Below are positions 62,984 to 64,000 of a DNA stretch of 64,000 nt, in pieces. The DNA is taken from the IMG/VR virus record IMGVR_UViG_3300020477_000990, positions 248,001 to 312,000 of that record. One strand, given 5' to 3'. The notes beneath the pieces were generated by a model. That model saw only the letters and a list, made by a program, of their open reading frames with translations. It searched no databases and was not told the origin of the DNA. Position numbers and translations under genes: made by a program. Each line of letters starts with the position of its first letter. Position 1 is the stretch's first letter.

Positions 62984-64000
62984 ATGGCAGTAGTTTATAA
63001 TTTAAAAGGGACATCAAATCCTTATTTTAAAATCGGTAAAAGTGGGTCTACCCTATTTCAGGGTACGTCAGATCCTTCAGGTTCATATACTGTAGCAAAT
63101 GGTGACGTTTGGTTTGATACATCAAATGGTACATTAAAATTTAGATCTTCAGGTTCATGGTCAGGTATTACAACAGCATCAGATTTAAATGTAACTGGTA
63201 ATTTAACAGTTAGTGGTACTACAACTACAGTAAATTCTACAACAATTGATGTACAAAATTCTATAAGATTTGAAGGTGCTTCAGCAGATGAATACGAAAC
63301 TATATTAACAGTTGAAGATCCAACAGCAGACAGAACAGTTACGATACCAAATGCTACAACAACACTAGTAGGTACGGATACTACACAAACACTTACAAAT
63401 AAAACATTTACAAATCCAACGATCAACAGCAGAAGTCTTACTGGTACTGTAGTTGGAACAACAACAGCAGACACATTAACAAATAAAACTTTATCAGCTG
63501 GAATATTAACAGGAAATACAGTTTTAAGTGGTACAAATGATTTAATTGGTCTTAGTGGATATACTGGAAACTATTTCTTGCAATTCCAATCAGGAATAAC
63601 AGTATTATCTGGAGGAGTTGGTACAAGTCAAGGTGTAGATCTTAGAGGATCAGGAGTAGTAAGATTGCTAACTGGTGGATCAGTTAGAGTTCATATTGAT
63701 GATAGTGGTAATGTTGGTATTGGTACTGTTTCTCCAGATCATCCATTAGATGTAGCTGGTAATATAGGAACAACAGGTAGTATAGTATTTGAAGGTGCTA
63801 CAGCAGATGCACATGAAACAACTTTATCAGTAACTGACCCAACACAAGATAATACAATTACATTACCAGATGAAACTGGTACAGTTGTAACTAAATCTTC
63901 TACTACAGGTGCTATTACAATGCCAGTTGGAACTACAGCACAAAGACCTGGAACTCCAGCAACAGGCATGATTAGGTTTAATACTGATATAGATTATTTT
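62984..64000 (+). CDS. tail fibre / long virion fibre protein (3' partial; absent from the ORF track)
   Basis: hand translation MAVVYNLKG...GNLTVSGTTTTVNST...FEGASAD.YET.LTVEDPTADRTVTIP...QTLTNKT...PVGTTAQRPG; GGAG SD; CATAAATA at 62891. Confidence 0.85.
   Translation, partial: MAVVYNLKGTSNPYFKIGKSGSTLFQGTSDPSGSYTVANGDVWFDTSNGTLKFRSSGSWSGITTASDLNVTGNLTVSGTTTTVNSTTIDVQNSIRFEGASADEYETILTVEDPTADRTVTIPNATTTLVGTDTTQTLTNKTFTNPTINSRSLTGTVVGTTTADTLTNKTLSAGILTGNTVLSGTNDLIGLSGYTGNYFLQFQSGITVLSGGVGTSQGVDLRGSGVVRLLTGGSVRVHIDDSGNVGIGTVSPDHPLDVAGNIGTTGSIVFEGATADAHETTLSVTDPTQDNTITLPDETGTVVTKSSTTGAITMPVGTTAQRPGTPATGMIRFNTDIDYF

Noticed and set aside
972-63969. Numerous minus-strand and nested ORFs in the track (e.g. 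972-1334, 22998-23675, 37939-38373, 53334-53888, 63058-63474)
   Set aside because: They are antisense shadows of well-supported genes, with Ser/Phe/Leu-rich composition and no promoters or SDs; only 14451-15242 and 54589-55584 are credible on the minus strand.
1-64000. Stop-codon reassignment (TAG or TGA), as seen in some huge phages
   Set aside because: Known proteins are full length in the standard code; TAG ends rpsU, speD and the MotA-like gene, and TGA ends queD at the expected positions.
1-64000. Bacterial chromosome rather than phage
   Set aside because: Housekeeping genes are isolated from their operons and interleaved with PAAR, fibre genes and T4-type late promoters. Not formally excluded without capsid or terminase genes.

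Overview
This window is a gene-dense, strongly AT-rich (roughly 30% GC by eye, not computed) segment of a large T4-like dsDNA phage genome. Almost all genes are on the + strand and both ends cut through genes. Phage hallmarks are a PAAR spike-tip protein, an Mtd_N-type fibre/baseplate protein, a tail-fibre gene running off the right end, an ATP-dependent DNA ligase, a PD-(D/E)XK exonuclease, class Ia NrdAB, T4 gp55-type (T)ATAAATA late promoters and six CCA-encoding tRNAs. Host-like genes are isolated from their normal bacterial operons and look alphaproteobacterial, probably SAR11-like (inference from recalled family features). They cover translation (EF-G, uL11, IF-3, bS21, a stand-alone Smr nuclease, two cold-shock proteins), proteostasis (DnaK, Hsp20, ClpX, ClpP, ClpS), metabolism (NadE, Prs, GuaC, AdoMetDC, QueD, ALDH7-type dehydrogenase, 7Fe ferredoxin, SufT-like protein) and the envelope (SbmA/BacA, a MotA/ExbB plus ExbD-like module). 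The most striking system is eight radical-SAM/SPASM enzymes in two subfamilies, mostly behind late promoters. Four of them form a biosynthetic-type cluster with an amidinotransferase, a glycosyltransferase-like protein and a methyltransferase, next to a duplicated 2OG-Fe(II) oxygenase. Non-coding signals include many apparently leaderless transcription units, a preQ1-I-like pseudoknot before queD, tandem ROSE-like hairpins before hsp20, a shared structured leader at two late genes and an A9 slippage/frameshift site. All calls rest on motif recognition by eye; no searches or folding were run.
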